Shown here: positions 1 to 12,337 of the stretch, in pieces
Layout: every line of letters begins with the position of its first letter
How positions within the stretch are numbered: position 1 is the first letter of the stretch
Assembly (NCBI GenBank): GCA_965645245.1
Contig: OZ287072.1
Coordinates: 2,418,001 to 2,482,000 of the forward strand
Direction of reading: 5' to 3'
Source: Massalongia carnosa
Lineage: Eukaryota
Length of the DNA stretch: 64,000 nt
The notes under the pieces: model-generated
Seen by the model: the letters and a program-made list of their open reading frames with translations, nothing else
Database searches by the model: none
Told to the model about the DNA's origin: nothing
Made by a program: the position numbers and the translations under genes

Positions 1-134
1 TGAAGAACTCGTTTTAACATTCTTTATGTTCTTCGCTTTTTTCACACCCTTATCGTCGTCCTCTTCTTCCTCGTAATTCTCATACTACTTATTCTACTTG
101 TCATCGTCCTCGTCCTCGTCCTCATGATCTTCAT

Positions 135-3012
135 CTACTCATCCTCCTCGACCTCCTCGACCTCATTCTCCCTCGTACTGGATTCACTGCGCCGTCGCAG
201 CCTGTTCTCATCAATTTCCCAGCCTATCAAAGGATCCAAGTCCCTTGGCTGGAGGCACTTAGGTAACGGCTGCACAAATGGCTACCTCTCGATGCCCACT
301 CTCAGCTTACCGTCCATACCGGTGAATTTGCCGAATCCAAAAAGCCATGAGGCATCCCATATTCCGCCTGCAGCTGCGAGACTGCTGCCTTCGAATGTGC
401 ATATTAGGCTGGCTATAGTCGTCGGCATGTACGGCAGAATTTGCTGCGGCCGGTACCAGTAGTACGCAATGGCAACGAGCACGTCGAGGATTAGAACGAT
501 GCTACATACGTAGAACATGACATCGGACATGAAAACGCGCGTTTCTGAGGTTCTTATAGTGGCGGAGATGGTTACGCCCTCGGAGGCTGGAAAGGGGAAA
601 AAAAGCTCGCTATTCAATGAAATGATCGCAGCTGATAGCTGGCTATACAACGCAGACACTGCCGGTATAACTGTAGAAGCGGATGGTGCAGGTAATGAAG
701 TATTGACTGTATCCCTGGATCTCAAGATCACGGATACGAGATACGGGAACAATCGAGATGCAAATGAATCGTTGTGCAAAGGAGCATATTCCATCAAATC
801 ATCTTGATTAGCTCTGAAGTTCTGTGATATTAGCCAATTGAGATTAAGATAAAAACCGGAGACGTTTTGCGGTATAGCTAAGTACTCGGATAAGTTATTT
901 GATGGTTGATTTTGGCGGACTGACGATATGACATGGCCTGACTGTGACAGCTGCACGGAATAATTCGAAATCTCGAGAGTAGGCTGACAAACAAGGCATA
1001 AACTCGATGTTGTAGTGAAGATAGCTGAAACATTAGAGGAAGATTTTCCAAGCCCACGCTGATACACGACAGACAAGGTTGAGTAACATGTAGCAGCGTC
1101 ATCAGCAGATGCATCTGCATTATACGCAAAAATTGGGGTAAGATCCTCATATCCTTCAAGCCCGAATAGATCAATTTGTGATTATTCGTAATCATAATGA
1201 TTAAGGTAGCATTCAACGTTTCGTCCGTCTGGTTTGATGACGGTTATATTGAATGAGAAAGTTCGGCTCCGGTGAATATCTTTATTGACAGCAACTTCAT
1301 TACAAGAGAGACCAACATGGAACCCATAAGTGTTTAGAGTGACTTCGGCCGGATAAATGATATCCAAGACCGCTGGTAGGAAGTACGTCTCTTTGGAAGT
1401 CCATGGAGGGAGACTCGTATTCGCCGATAGGTTACTTGCAGTTACATAGAAGAAATCTTGGAAGCTACTATCCCTCGACGCTATTACCAGTGCGGTTGAG
1501 TTGAAGACTGGCTTGCTTTTGGCTTTAAGAGTCATATCAGTCTCGGAAAATGCAGCGTCTGGGTTCAGAAGTGCTCCCAGACCAACTGTCAATACATTAG
1601 CTAAGAGTGAAATTGAACAGACTGCTGCCAATAAATGATCCTTTGCCCGTAAAGCGCGCCAGAGAGCTAGTGATGGAGGTAGCGCTGAGTAACGTAAATC
1701 CAGGGAATGCTTGGCTTTGGCTCGACAACTTTTCAATTCTTCAAATGGCTGAAGAAGACATAACATCCGATTCAAAAGCATCCAATACGGTTCCAGAAAA
1801 GTCGAGAATATCACCGGAACATAGCTAAGGAAAACCTATACAGCAACCTCGTTCTTATAAGGTAATGGAAGGCCATTTTGATACTTGATTAGGATTTTCA
1901 GCGTCATTAATGCAACTATCATTCCCAAAAGAAGTATCACAAAAATGAAGCCAGTGATTGGTCCAAGATAAAATGGGCGGGAGAAAACCTCATTGAAAAC
2001 GATTCGGAATGAAGATCGACATGACTGATCAGTTCGATGATAGGAGAGTCGCTCTGATACTTTCCCACGCCGACTACGCTGCAAAGAAAAACAAACGCCG
2101 TTCGAATTCTGAATGATTACTAATGAAATTTTTAGTCTTTGGAAATTATCGGTCGCTGATTCAAGCATTGCAGCCATATCTGTGAGGCTTGCGGGATCTT
2201 TAGTTAGACAGCTAGGTCTTCTTGCCGAAATGAACATTAGTGAAAGAACACCAACAACAGCACATCCTAACAACCCCTCGATAACAATTGCAAGCGGCCT
2301 AACAACCGAGATCGCGTAAACTGACACGGTTGCAGTTAATTTAGTCGGAGCACTTTCGTTGCGAGCGGTTGTCAGAATCCCGTTTATTGCGAGCGCAAAA
2401 AGGAGTTTGTGAGCTTTTTCTAAACTGAAAATCAAAATTTCTCGCTCCATGTACGCTTCAGCCGAGAGTCTAGTGGCCCCGACAGCAAAGCCAGCCGTAA
2501 AGGAGCCCTGAAGGTTAATATTCAAAGTGCGGAGTCTCCAGCTCATGTCCAGGTAATTTTGGTTATCGATAAGATGCCGTTTGATGAACAGATTATCGAG
2601 CTATCTCCTCTTAGTTGGCCTTTCCATAGTATGGTTTGAAAGCTGGTCGCGTTGAAGTCATCGTAGCTAAGCTTCACTGGTGAAGCAAGTGGCGTTGATG
2701 AAACAACGGTCATGTCATGTTCTTTAACTGTGAGAATGCCGTCTTGAATCCAATAGCTAGTTTGGCAAAATTCGGCTGTAATGTGTTCGACCATTGGCGT
2801 TGCCATGATAGCAAGATATATGCTAGATGAATTTACCGGGCAGCTAATGCTTGGAGAATTTTCTGTATCTTCTTGATGTCCGATGTACCAGAAGCAATAT
2901 TCATCTTCCCAGCAAGGGATAGGCAAATACAACATTTCACCCTTGCACCCAAAGTGACCGTCGAAACTGTAGGTCGTCGAAGCGCTGGAACGTTTGATAG
3001 TATCGTATTCGA
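135..3012 (-). pseudogene. DUF3433-like fungal membrane protein, fragmented and 5'-truncated
   Basis: Collinear ORF pieces 2543-2935, 1836-2546, 1182-1814 and 282-1076 carry family-like motifs (EPYWMLLNRMLCLLQPFEEL, LRYSALPP..LWRAL, LP.MPTTIAS, FGFGKFTG.DG...GIER). After the TAG at 282-284 the frame continues (PFVQPL...) to a stop at 135. The gene is cut at 3012 by the duplicated segment. Confidence 0.7.
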
Positions 3013-3699
3013 CTACTGGTTAGTTATTAATGGCCTTGGACGTGTACTCGTGAAACGAAGTGGCTTGATCGATCGCAACTGAATAGGAGCACCAATGGAA
3101 AGAGGTAAAAAGCGACTACGATTATAAAACACGTATCATAATCATTGTGCTCGAGGATTCCTTAATTCCGACAACCTCTACCCTGAGATCCTTCATTGAT
3201 GGAAAGGCTAGGAGGAGCGCTATCTCTGAAGAAGTCCAGCCGGCCGCAATGAGAAAGACTAGGATACATAAGATATTAAACCAAACAAGATGAGCGTATA
3301 CGCTAACTTTTGCGCCTATCCAGGAAGGTCCCTTATTATGCAGTTCCCTTTCGTGCTCAATCGAATAAACCTATTGCCAACTGTTATCGCTATGATGGTG
3401 GACCCCCTCACGCTGCTTAGCGCCCTGGGCAATCCAGAAGATCACAGACGTTACATTTCAGGCTGCCTCTGACAAAGCCAAATATGTCGCAGTAAACATT
3501 TGGAGCAAGCATTTTGCTACTGTAGTTAACTTCAAGCAGCCGTCAAGGAAGTCGTTAATAGAAGTCTGCGGACACAACCATTCAGAGAATCTCAGAGAGC
3601 CAGTACAACATCGAGATCGCGATAATTTTTATAGCGTTGAACTTATGGCCTAGACGGAGATCCTCTAACAAGTCAACAAGAAACGAGGCGGAAGCACTG

Positions 3700-4446
3700 C
3701 GCAAAGAGTTCCACCATACAGATACCGATGCTTCTAACCGCTTAATAACGGGTACTTTGCGGTAGTTGAGGACAAGCTCTTTCGACGTCTCGACTCGAAG
3801 AATCACTTCTACGTTCAGCATTACTATGACTCGCTCATCGTATGTTTCTTGAAGCTCGTTCTGATTCAAGTGATCGCCTTCCACTTCCGATGCCGTGCGC
3901 TCGAGAAGTCAGACAAGAAGCGCATCAACCAATGGGCCAAGGATCTCCTAGCAAATCTTAGGAAGCAGAAAGGAAAAGTACTTAGCCTCATTGCCGGACT
4001 CATACTGAGGCTGAAACCAAGTTTCGAAGAGCCCGCCGTCTCCGGAGGACACTGATGGCCTCACGCATGGCGTTAAGAACAAGTACTCCTCTCACCTAGG
4101 GCGACCACGAAAGGCCAAGCCCTTGGAAGGAGTGAAAATTCGCGTCTCGACTTCTAGTTATTGTTGATCGCGCCCCAAACCCTCAAACTTGGACGGAGAG
4201 GTTCGCAAAAATCGATCAGAACAAGAACCCCGAGCAATGGAATGCCCGTGAATAGAAAGAGGCCCTCTGTTTCACAAAGATCATCTGTCGCATCACTTAA
4301 GAACCAATTTGCTTGGAGAGGAACAAGCTTAAGGTAAGCCAGACCGACAACGAATACAATAGGATTAAGTTCAAGGTCCTCCTGATTAAGAAGAACACGA
4401 AGCCTATCTTTGAGATTCATGGAGTGCTTAGGAAAGACGCTAAGTA
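3700..4446 (+). pseudogene. Degenerate hypothetical gene, more decayed copy of 35902-36707
   Basis: Aligns to the 137-aa and 130-aa ORFs of the other arm but has a deletion near 3750 and extra in-frame stops (TGG>TAG, TGG>TGA). No family recognised. Confidence 0.35.
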
Positions 4447-4718
4447 GCTGAAGACCAATTATTTTGCGTATAATTTTATCAGGGATAGGTTTTTTCTGAT
4501 TCTTAGAAGACCCCGGAAAGCCGGAAGGATCGACATATTATTTTTTGGATTTGTTGATTTACTGAAAAACAGTTAGATTCCAATGAACCGAAAGCAAAAT
4601 TAGATATGCTGTGGTAGATTTTTGTTCATTTAAGTATTTGATTTATTTACGTTATGTAAATTATAATATGTTAAATTTATAAAATAACAGAGCGCTTGAC
4701 CTTGCGGCACAGAGAAGC

Positions 4719-5378
4719 TTGGACATCGAGGTGCAAATCCTCCACATTCTCGGCGCGCATCCTCGGATCATCAAGTTCAAGGGCGGTGACGCCCAGCAAG
4801 GCCTACGTCTCGAATACCCGGTCAACGGAAATGTGGCGCAGAATCTCCATCAGGCGACTCTGTCCCAGAAGTTGAAATGGTCACAGCAAGCCGCGGAGGC
4901 CGTGGCCTATGTTCATAGCCGAGGAGTTCTTCACTATGCCATCCACACGCATAATCTCCTCCTTTTCGATGCAGACATGAATGTAAAACTCGCCGACTTC
5001 CAGGGCCGACACCTTTTTCCAGACAGGAGCACGCATCTTGATGGCTACCTATCGGAAAACATCAAGTCATAGATGCCCCGCCACGATGCGAATCACACCG
5101 ATCAGAAGACCGACGTATTTGCCCTGGGCTCCGCTATTTACGAGAGCATGCAAGGCCACGAACCCTTCCCAGAGCTGGATCCTCGTGACGATGAGTCGGA
5201 AATCCTAGTGCGATTCGAATCGACTCGCTTTCCTTCGTTGAGGCCTGATTGGGGAGGCGACGTTGTGCGGGATTGCTGAATGGGGAATTACGGGTCGGCT
5301 AGTGAAGTCTGTCAAGATTTGGCTGAGCTTGTAGGAAAAGCCTTCAAGGATAAATGTAAGGAGTTAGAATATAATTAG
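4719..5378 (+). pseudogene. Protein kinase pseudogene, N-lobe truncated
   Basis: Motifs HPRII, AVAYVHSRGVLH, VKLADF and TDVFALGSAIYE...GHEPF. The catalytic-loop Asp is absent (HYAIH). In-frame stops at 5070-5072 and 5277-5279. Confidence 0.85.
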
Positions 5379-6167
5379 GGGTCAAGAGCTTTGAAAGGTA
5401 ATCGGGCATGATGATGCGACCACAAACAAACATGAGTATGTAATCCATGCGTCTGTATAGTAGCTCATGTATAGTAGTTCTTTCTTATGAATGTCTCTCT
5501 TAAAAACATCATGCTGGCTAGCAAATGCTTCGATTAGCAATACTTATACATTCTCTTTCCGTGGTTTCATACACACATCCAATTATAATTCCTCGCAATT
5601 CTGATACCTTGATTGCCCATTCGTAATGCTTTTCACACTCACTCACTATACGCCTTGAAACTGTGAGCAAAGATTCGGAACACAATCTAGCCAAAACTTA
5701 CAGGCGATTCAATATTTAAGACATATTCCCCCAGAGACGGTGCTTTTGCCTAGATGATTTTCCTTCGTCCCAGTGCATTGAGGCGTTCCGGCCACTTGAC
5801 ACGGCCGCAGATCGTGGTGGGTGATGATATGTTTTGGTGAAGCAGTGTAGTTCCTGTAAATCTGAAGCAAACTTGATTTAGCTATGTACATACGTCTGTC
5901 TAGATCTCCGGCGCTGCAGCCCCGACCGCACAAGTCATTCTCTGGTATGAACGTCTCTCTCCAACACATGTCAACAAGGCTTGGGTTTGTTGGAATATAT
6001 TCTAGCAACAGATCGCGACGATAGCTTTGATAAGATGCTTTCAATGCTTTGTCGAGTAGTCAGATTGTAGAAACTGCCAACCGGTCAACAAGTTGTGATA
6101 GCATTTCTAACAGGTATACCCTTCTGATACTGTTGACGTTTCACAAAGTTGGAAAGCCGCTCGCGTA

Positions 6168-8073
6168 TTCGTGCCCTACACTTTCGCTCGGTCGACTCGC
6201 TTAGTGCTAGCCAGCCATACAGCCAGGACCAGCCATACAGCCAAAATCTTCAAATTTCTACCCACCACCTTTGAAAAATTCATTATCCACCACCATCATG
6301 CCTGAATCTTATACTATAATTGAAAATCGTATTGCAAAGGCCATTGACGCCTTAAACTCACGCAAAAACGCCAAACTCAGTGCAATTGCGCGAGAATTTA
6401 ATGTACCTAGAGGAAGACTTCGTTCTCGGGTCAAAGGGGTGTCATCTAAAACGAAAGTACGAGGACTGCATAATAGACGTCTAAAACCCGATCAGGAGTT
6501 GGCCCTACGTCTATATCTTTTGAAACTGGATTCTTTGGACATTCCGGCTCGTCTGCATATGGTGGAAGTGGCTGCATACTCCATTCTTCGTCAAACGGCT
6601 TCCGATTCGACGCCTCCTCCTCCTCTCGGCTCGCATTGGATCAAAAGATGGCTAAAACGTCAGTCAGATCTTTACAAGGTTAAACGTAAGCCTCTAGCTG
6701 CTGAGCGCAAAAATGCGCATGATTTGGAGTTATTGATGGGGCATTTTGAAAAATATCAAGAAGTAGTGAACAAGTATGGAATAAATCCGAAGGATCAGTG
6801 GAATTTTGATGAAACTGGGTTTCGTATTGGTATGGCACGAAGTGATTGGATAATCACAGCAGATTCTTCTCGACAATCATACAGTTCCGATCCATCAAAT
6901 CGAGAATCGCTGACAGCGGTGGAGTGTATCAACGGGGCTGGTCAGGACATTCCCCCTTTTTTAATTGTGTCTGGCATCAACATCCTCGCTCCCTGGGTCA
7001 AAAACGATCTGAGCAATGATGTAGTCATTTCTACAGCTGAATCAGGCTGTACAAATGACTGGTTGAGTTTGCAATGGATCAAGCATTTCGACAAACACAC
7101 TGAAAAAATAAGAGAGGGGGCTTGGAGACTTTTGATAATGGACGGTTATGGATCTCATCATACTCGAGAATTTCTAGAATATTGTGAAACGAAAAACATC
7201 ATTCCATTCGGATTACCATCTCACACCACACATCTCTTACAACCATTGGATGTGTGTGTTTTTCAACCTCTGAAACACTGGCATTCGGAGGCCGTCAATG
7301 AAGCAATTCAGAATGGAGATCAAACCTTTTCCAAAGTCGAATTTCTGAATGCATTTAGCAAGTTTCGATCGCTGGCTTTTAAACCTTCCACCATACAGTC
7401 TGCTTGGAGAAAAACAGGCTTGATTCCGTTCAATCCAGGCATTGTTCTCGACAAAGTTCGAGAACTTCTTCCTCCCCCTCCTCGTGAGTCAACTCCGTCT
7501 CATACAGCCCCCCTATCTGTACAAGAAACCCCTCGAACCGTGCGACAGTTGGCCACAGTAGCCACAGAAATCATGACGCATTCAGCTTGCTCGGATGACC
7601 TCGTACAAATTGTTAGCAAATTTGTAAAGGGAGCTGTTGCCGAGGTTCGAAAAGGCGATCTTCTGGAACAACGCTGGGAACAACAAATCAAGGCCCAAAC
7701 TGCTCGGAAAGCTCGTAAACGAGAGGCCAATAAGATTCTTCATCACGGAGGCGTACTTACTGTTGGTGAGGCCCGTTCAATGGTTCGTGGTAGGGAGGAG
7801 CAGGAGGAGATAAGGGAGAAAGAGCGAAACGTCGCATGGGAAAAGCGTTATTGTACGGCTCTTACCAAAGTGGTTAGGCAGTCAAAAGCGCATAGAAAGA
7901 TGCTTATGACTAGAAGCATGAATAGTCACAAAAGATGGATGATGATCATGAAGGAATTGCTGAAAAAAACCTCGATGTATGTAGGATAGTTGATTTTTGG
8001 CTGTATGGCTGGTCCTGGCTGTATGGCTGGCTAGCACTAAGCGAGTCGACCGAGCGAAAGTGTGGGGCACGAA
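6168..8073 (+). mobile_element. Fot1/pogo-type DNA transposon, full length
   Basis: About 79-bp TIRs (TTCGTGCCC...CCAAAA) with 1 mismatch. TA target duplication at 6166-6167 and 8074-8075. The empty site is visible in the paralogous NLR2 and NLR3 upstream regions. Confidence 0.97.
6298..7989 (+). CDS. Fot1/pogo DDE transposase, intact (563 aa from ATG)
   Basis: N-terminal HTH/CENP-B-like region and catalytic motifs WNFDETGF, LLIMDGYGSH and LQPLDVCVF, in an uninterrupted ORF. Confidence 0.95.
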   Translation: MPESYTIIENRIAKAIDALNSRKNAKLSAIAREFNVPRGRLRSRVKGVSSKTKVRGLHNRRLKPDQELALRLYLLKLDSLDIPARLHMVEVAAYSILRQTASDSTPPPPLGSHWIKRWLKRQSDLYKVKRKPLAAERKNAHDLELLMGHFEKYQEVVNKYGINPKDQWNFDETGFRIGMARSDWIITADSSRQSYSSDPSNRESLTAVECINGAGQDIPPFLIVSGINILAPWVKNDLSNDVVISTAESGCTNDWLSLQWIKHFDKHTEKIREGAWRLLIMDGYGSHHTREFLEYCETKNIIPFGLPSHTTHLLQPLDVCVFQPLKHWHSEAVNEAIQNGDQTFSKVEFLNAFSKFRSLAFKPSTIQSAWRKTGLIPFNPGIVLDKVRELLPPPPRESTPSHTAPLSVQETPRTVRQLATVATEIMTHSACSDDLVQIVSKFVKGAVAEVRKGDLLEQRWEQQIKAQTARKARKREANKILHHGGVLTVGEARSMVRGREEQEEIREKERNVAWEKRYCTALTKVVRQSKAHRKMLMTRSMNSHKRWMMIMKELLKKTSMYVG

Positions 8074-8239
8074 TAATAGCTGGAGCCTACTTTGGGCTTC
8101 AGCCTCGTTCTAAAATCTGTTCGTCAACATATTAACCGTTACGTTCGTGGAGTCTTTCACAATTGGTCGGTCGCTGGCTTTGAAACGCAAAGAGCGGAAG
8201 CAACACCCACGATCTATGTGAGTCTGAAAAGCCGTCGAC

Positions 8240-11200
8240 ATGGGCTTACGGGTTTTATATCCATCAAAAGACGCTGGGGAGTCGGAGGTCATCAAGGCTG
8301 AGTGAGCCTTTATACATCGCCGCTCCTGTAACATACCGATATACTTACGTCTTCTACTCAGTATCGTTGCGGTTCATGGCCTCAATGGAGACCCGAAGAA
8401 CACTTGGACGAGCCGTCAGACGAATGCCTTCTGGCTCAAAGACTTCCTTCCACACGACGTACCTAATGCTCGGGTCATGACATTTGGATACAATGCTGAT
8501 GCGGCATTCGGGAACACCACTGCAGATATCATAGATCATGCAAGGAGTTTGCTTAGCGGTTTGATTGATAAGCGTGAAGAAGATGATGTGGGTTGCCGAT
8601 ACTCATTAGGATCCTGAAGACGCTAAGGCTGAGATATTTCTTAGGAGCTGCGCCGTCCCATTATATTTGTCGGACATTCGCTCGGCGGAATAGTGATTAA
8701 ACAAGTCAGTGCCAAGTTTGATCGAGAGGCATGTGTCTAATGTTGCGTGATTCAGGCGTTGTTTCAGGCAAAACTTGAGCATCGATACAACAGCATCAGC
8801 GAATCCACAATTGGGATTGTGTTTCTGGGAACTCCTCATCGGGGAAGCGAAAAAGTAGCATACGGAAAGGTCCTTGCAACTCTTGCTACGGCTGTTCTGA
8901 ACAAACCATCGCCACGCCTTGTCAATGCCTTGCAAGTGAACAGCGAGGCGTTGATGTCACTTACGACCAACTTTAGATTTCAGCTGCCAAAATATCAGGT
9001 GTATAGCTTCTACGAGATGAAGCCAATGAAGATGCTTTCCACTTTGGTAAGCACCAAGATGAGAACTTTGCTTATAAATATAAACTTGACCAACAGAACA
9101 ATTTTTACTAGATCGTGGAGAAACATTCTGCACTGTTAGAGATCGACGGAGAAGAACAGATTCCAGTGGACGCAAACCACGAAGAGATGTGCAAGTTCAT
9201 GGAGCGCGAGGACGACGTGTATGAGAAGCTTTTCAAGAGGGTTCGTAGGATGATAAAGGAACAAGATAGCGTTCCTTCAAATAAATCTTGTACGTAGATC
9301 CAACCAAAGTACTCATTTAAAATGATTTTGCATATATATTTTGCTCATGTGAATCTAGATATTTACAGAGTCTCGTCCTATAACAAACATTACTGTGTTC
9401 CTCTCAACTTAAGTACGATGTTCACTGGCCGCGATGACTTAATTCAAAACATCTCTGAAGGGTGTTTACCCTTCGACAATGAAAAGATGCTTTCCAAGCA
9501 GAAAAGGTTTGTTTTGTTTGGCCTAGGAGGCTCAGGAAAGACTCAAGCCTGTCTTAAATTCGCTCATGATTATCGGGAAAGGTAAGTGGTTAAACCCGAG
9601 AGCTTTCGGGCTTGTGTCTGTTACAGGACTGATGCTGAAGGTTAGGTTTTGGGGTATCTTCTGGATCGATGCGAGTAGCTACATTACAGCTCAACAAGGG
9701 TTTCTGGAAATATCTCGAACGTGTGGAGTGGAAGAGGACCCTAAGGCTGTAAGACAATGGTTGTCGAATATTCAAGATCCCTGGCTGCTGATAATTGACA
9801 ACGCCGATGACCCGTCTCTAGACGTCTCCGACTTCTTTCCGACAGGCAATAGAGGCTCCATCCTGCTCACTACTCGCAATCCTGACTGTAAGATCCACTC
9901 AACTGTAGGCTCGTGCGAGCTCGGACAACTGAACATGGACGAGGCCGTGACGCTTCTATTGAAAGCTGCTGGGGCGGAAGTTACTGCTGATGAGGATGCA
10001 CGAAGGAAGGCAAAGCCTGTAATCCAGACGTTGGGATTTTTAGCGCTTGCAATCACTCAAGCCGGCGCATATATACGGCGGGGTCTCTGTAGCATCGAAG
10101 AATACTGTGATGTGTACACCCGTCGTCGGCAAAAAATGCTAATGCATCGTTCAGTTCAAGCGAACTCCGATTACAAATATAGCGTGTACACGACCTGGGA
10201 GATCTCCATCGAAGCAATCGAGAAGAGACGTGACGAGACTTCTCATAATGCTATGGAACTCCTTCGAGTATTTGGCTTCTTGCATTACGATGGGATTACC
10301 GAAGACATATTTGAGCAGGCGTGGAGAAATAACTATAGGAGAGGAGACTCGTCTCAAGACATAATTCATATGTTTTACATGCAACCTCAACAAAAAGCAG
10401 GAGATTGGGATCCAACAATGATTCGAGAAGCGGCAGATCTTCTTGCGTCGTTCTCACTTATAAATTTAGGTAGAGAGAGAGATACTAAAAGGATTGATGA
10501 AACGGGGCGTCGCATGTCAATGCATCCATTGGTACATGTGTGGGCCAGAGACCGACTCTCGGAAGAGCTTCAGAGATGTTCCTGGATTATAACCAGTTCC
10601 ACCTTAGCTGCTACCATGTCTTGGGAATATGCGCTGACCGACTTTCGCTTCCGACGGTCTTTGCTGCCTCATATCGAGTCTTGCATAAGTCTTTGCAGAG
10701 ATAAGCCGTTTCTTGACGAATACTCAGGGCTCAATCGTGTTAGTATGGCGGAGAAGTTTGCGATTGCGTTTCATGAGAATGGCCGGCTGCACGAGGCAAT
10801 GGAATTGCAAGAAACGGTGTTGGAGGCACGTCAGAGGACGCTGGGAAGCGAACATCCGGACACTCTCAGGACGATGAACAGTCTTGCAATTAGTTATAGC
10901 GATTTAGGACGCAAACAAGAGGCAATGGAATTGAACGAAACAGTGTTGAAGGCACATCAGAGGACTCTGGGAAGCGAACATCTAGACACTCTCAGGACGA
11001 TGAACAATCTTGCAGCTGATTATAGCGATTTAGGACGCAAACAGGAGGCAATGAAATTGAACGAAACGGTGGTGAAGGCACGTCAGAGGACGCTAGGAAG
11101 CGAACATCCGGACACTCTCTGTACGATGAACAATCTTGCGAATAGTTATAGCGATTTAGGACGCAAACAGGAGGCAATGAAATTGAACGAAAAAGTGTTG

Positions 11201-12337
11201 AAGGCACGTCAGAGGACGCTGAAAATCGAATATCCGGACACTCTCAATGCGATGAACGGTCTTGCAAATAGTTATAGCGATTTAGGACGCAAACAGGAGG
11301 CAATAGAATTGAACGAAACGGTGTTGAAGGCATGTCAGAGGACGCTAGGAAGCGAACATCCGGGCACTCTCAGGACGATGAACAATCTTGCACTTAGTTA
11401 TAGCGATTTAGGACGTAAACAGGAGGCAATGGAATTGGAAGAAACGGTGTTGAAGGCACATCAGAGGACGCTGGGAAGCGAACATCCGGACACTCTCAGG
11501 ACGATGAACAATCTTGCACTTAGTTATAGCGATTTCGGACGTAAACAGGAGGCAATGAAATTGAACGAAACGGTGGTGAAGGCACGTCAGAGGACGCTAG
11601 GAAGCGAACATCCGGACACTCTCTGTACGATGAACAATCTTGCAAATAGTTATAGCGATTTAGGACGCAAACAGGAGGCAATGGAATTGAACGAAACAGT
11701 TTTGAAGGCACGTCAGAGGACGCAGGGAAGCGAACATCCGGTCACTCTCAATGCGATGACCGATCTTGCATTTACTTATAGCGGTTTAGGACGCAAACAG
11801 GAGGCAATCGAATTGAACGAAACGGTGTTGAAGGCACGTCAAAGGACGCTAGGAAGCGAACATCCGGACACTCTCAGGACGATGAAATATCTTGCACTTA
11901 ATTATAGCGATTTAGGACGCAAACAGGAGGCAATGGAATTGAACGAAACAGTGTTGAAGGCACGTCAGAGGACGCTGGGAAGCGAACATCCGGACACTCT
12001 CAAAACGATGAACAGTCTTGCAATTAATTATAGCGATTTAGGACGCAAAATAGAGGCAATAAAGTTGATAGAAGAGACGCTGAAAGCAAGTCGAAAGACG
12101 TTGGGAAGCGAACATTCAACCACTCTTCTTGCGCTGGACAATCTTGCGAAGTTAAAGCAGATTGAGGTAGAAATAATTGACAACTCGAAAGAGGTAAGCC
12201 AGCAGACTCTCAAATTGTATGAAAATACTAACCTACTAAAGTTGACACAAAGCTCCCCATCTGACGAGCATCCACAATTTTTATTGACGAAATCCGCAAG
12301 GCGGACCAGATTTCGCAGATGGCTTAGAAGGATCTAA
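8240..12337 (+). CDS. NLR1: SesB-like alpha/beta-hydrolase, NB-ARC, TPR NLR-like protein (about 1243 aa, 7 exons)
   Basis: Inferred exons 8240-8301, 8362-8587, 8645-8704, 8756-9046, 9112-9289, 9359-9581 and 9646-12337 are all GT-AG and splice in frame. Motifs: IVAVHGLNG, GHSLGG, FLGTPHRGS, DANH..MCKF, Walker A GLGGSGKT, Walker B WLLIIDNADD, TTR, MHPLVH, then 11 TPR units. Confidence 0.93.
10781..12154 (+). repeat. 126-bp (42-aa) TPR tandem array, 11 units
   Basis: Repeating unit GRKQEAMELNETVLKARQRTLGSEHPDTLxxMxxLAxxYSDL with high nucleotide identity between units. Confidence 0.97.

Larger units (their letters stand above)
3013..12172 (+). repeat. Arm A of a large inverted segmental duplication (partner 30205-37400)
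   Basis: CTACTGGTTAGTTATTAATGG at 3013 is the reverse complement of the sequence ending at 37400. Mirrored ORFs are near-identical throughout. This arm also contains the Fot1 insertion. Confidence 0.95.

Noticed and set aside
3005..3040. Helitron or TIR terminus at the end of arm A
   Set aside because: No TC/CTRR termini with a hairpin, no matching TIR and no TSD were found.
5709..6044. 111-aa ORF divergent from the NLR and open in both arms (also 34307-34642)
   Set aside because: It has a TTG start and no recognisable motif, and the high identity of the arms is enough to explain its persistence.
9566..9645. ORF-track starts for the NLR last exon (9566, 32637, 53998)
   Set aside because: They fall in or before intron 6 (9582-9645 and equivalents). 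The true gene begins six exons upstream.
10781..12154. Diversity-generating retroelement acting on the TPR codons
   Set aside because: Variation is not adenine-specific, there is no template/variable repeat pair, and all RTs present belong to ordinary LINE or LTR elements.
10151..12213. Recurrent antisense ORFs over the NLR copies (e.g. MPSTLFRSISLPPVCVLNRYN)
   Set aside because: These are shadows of the repeated sense-strand coding sequence.
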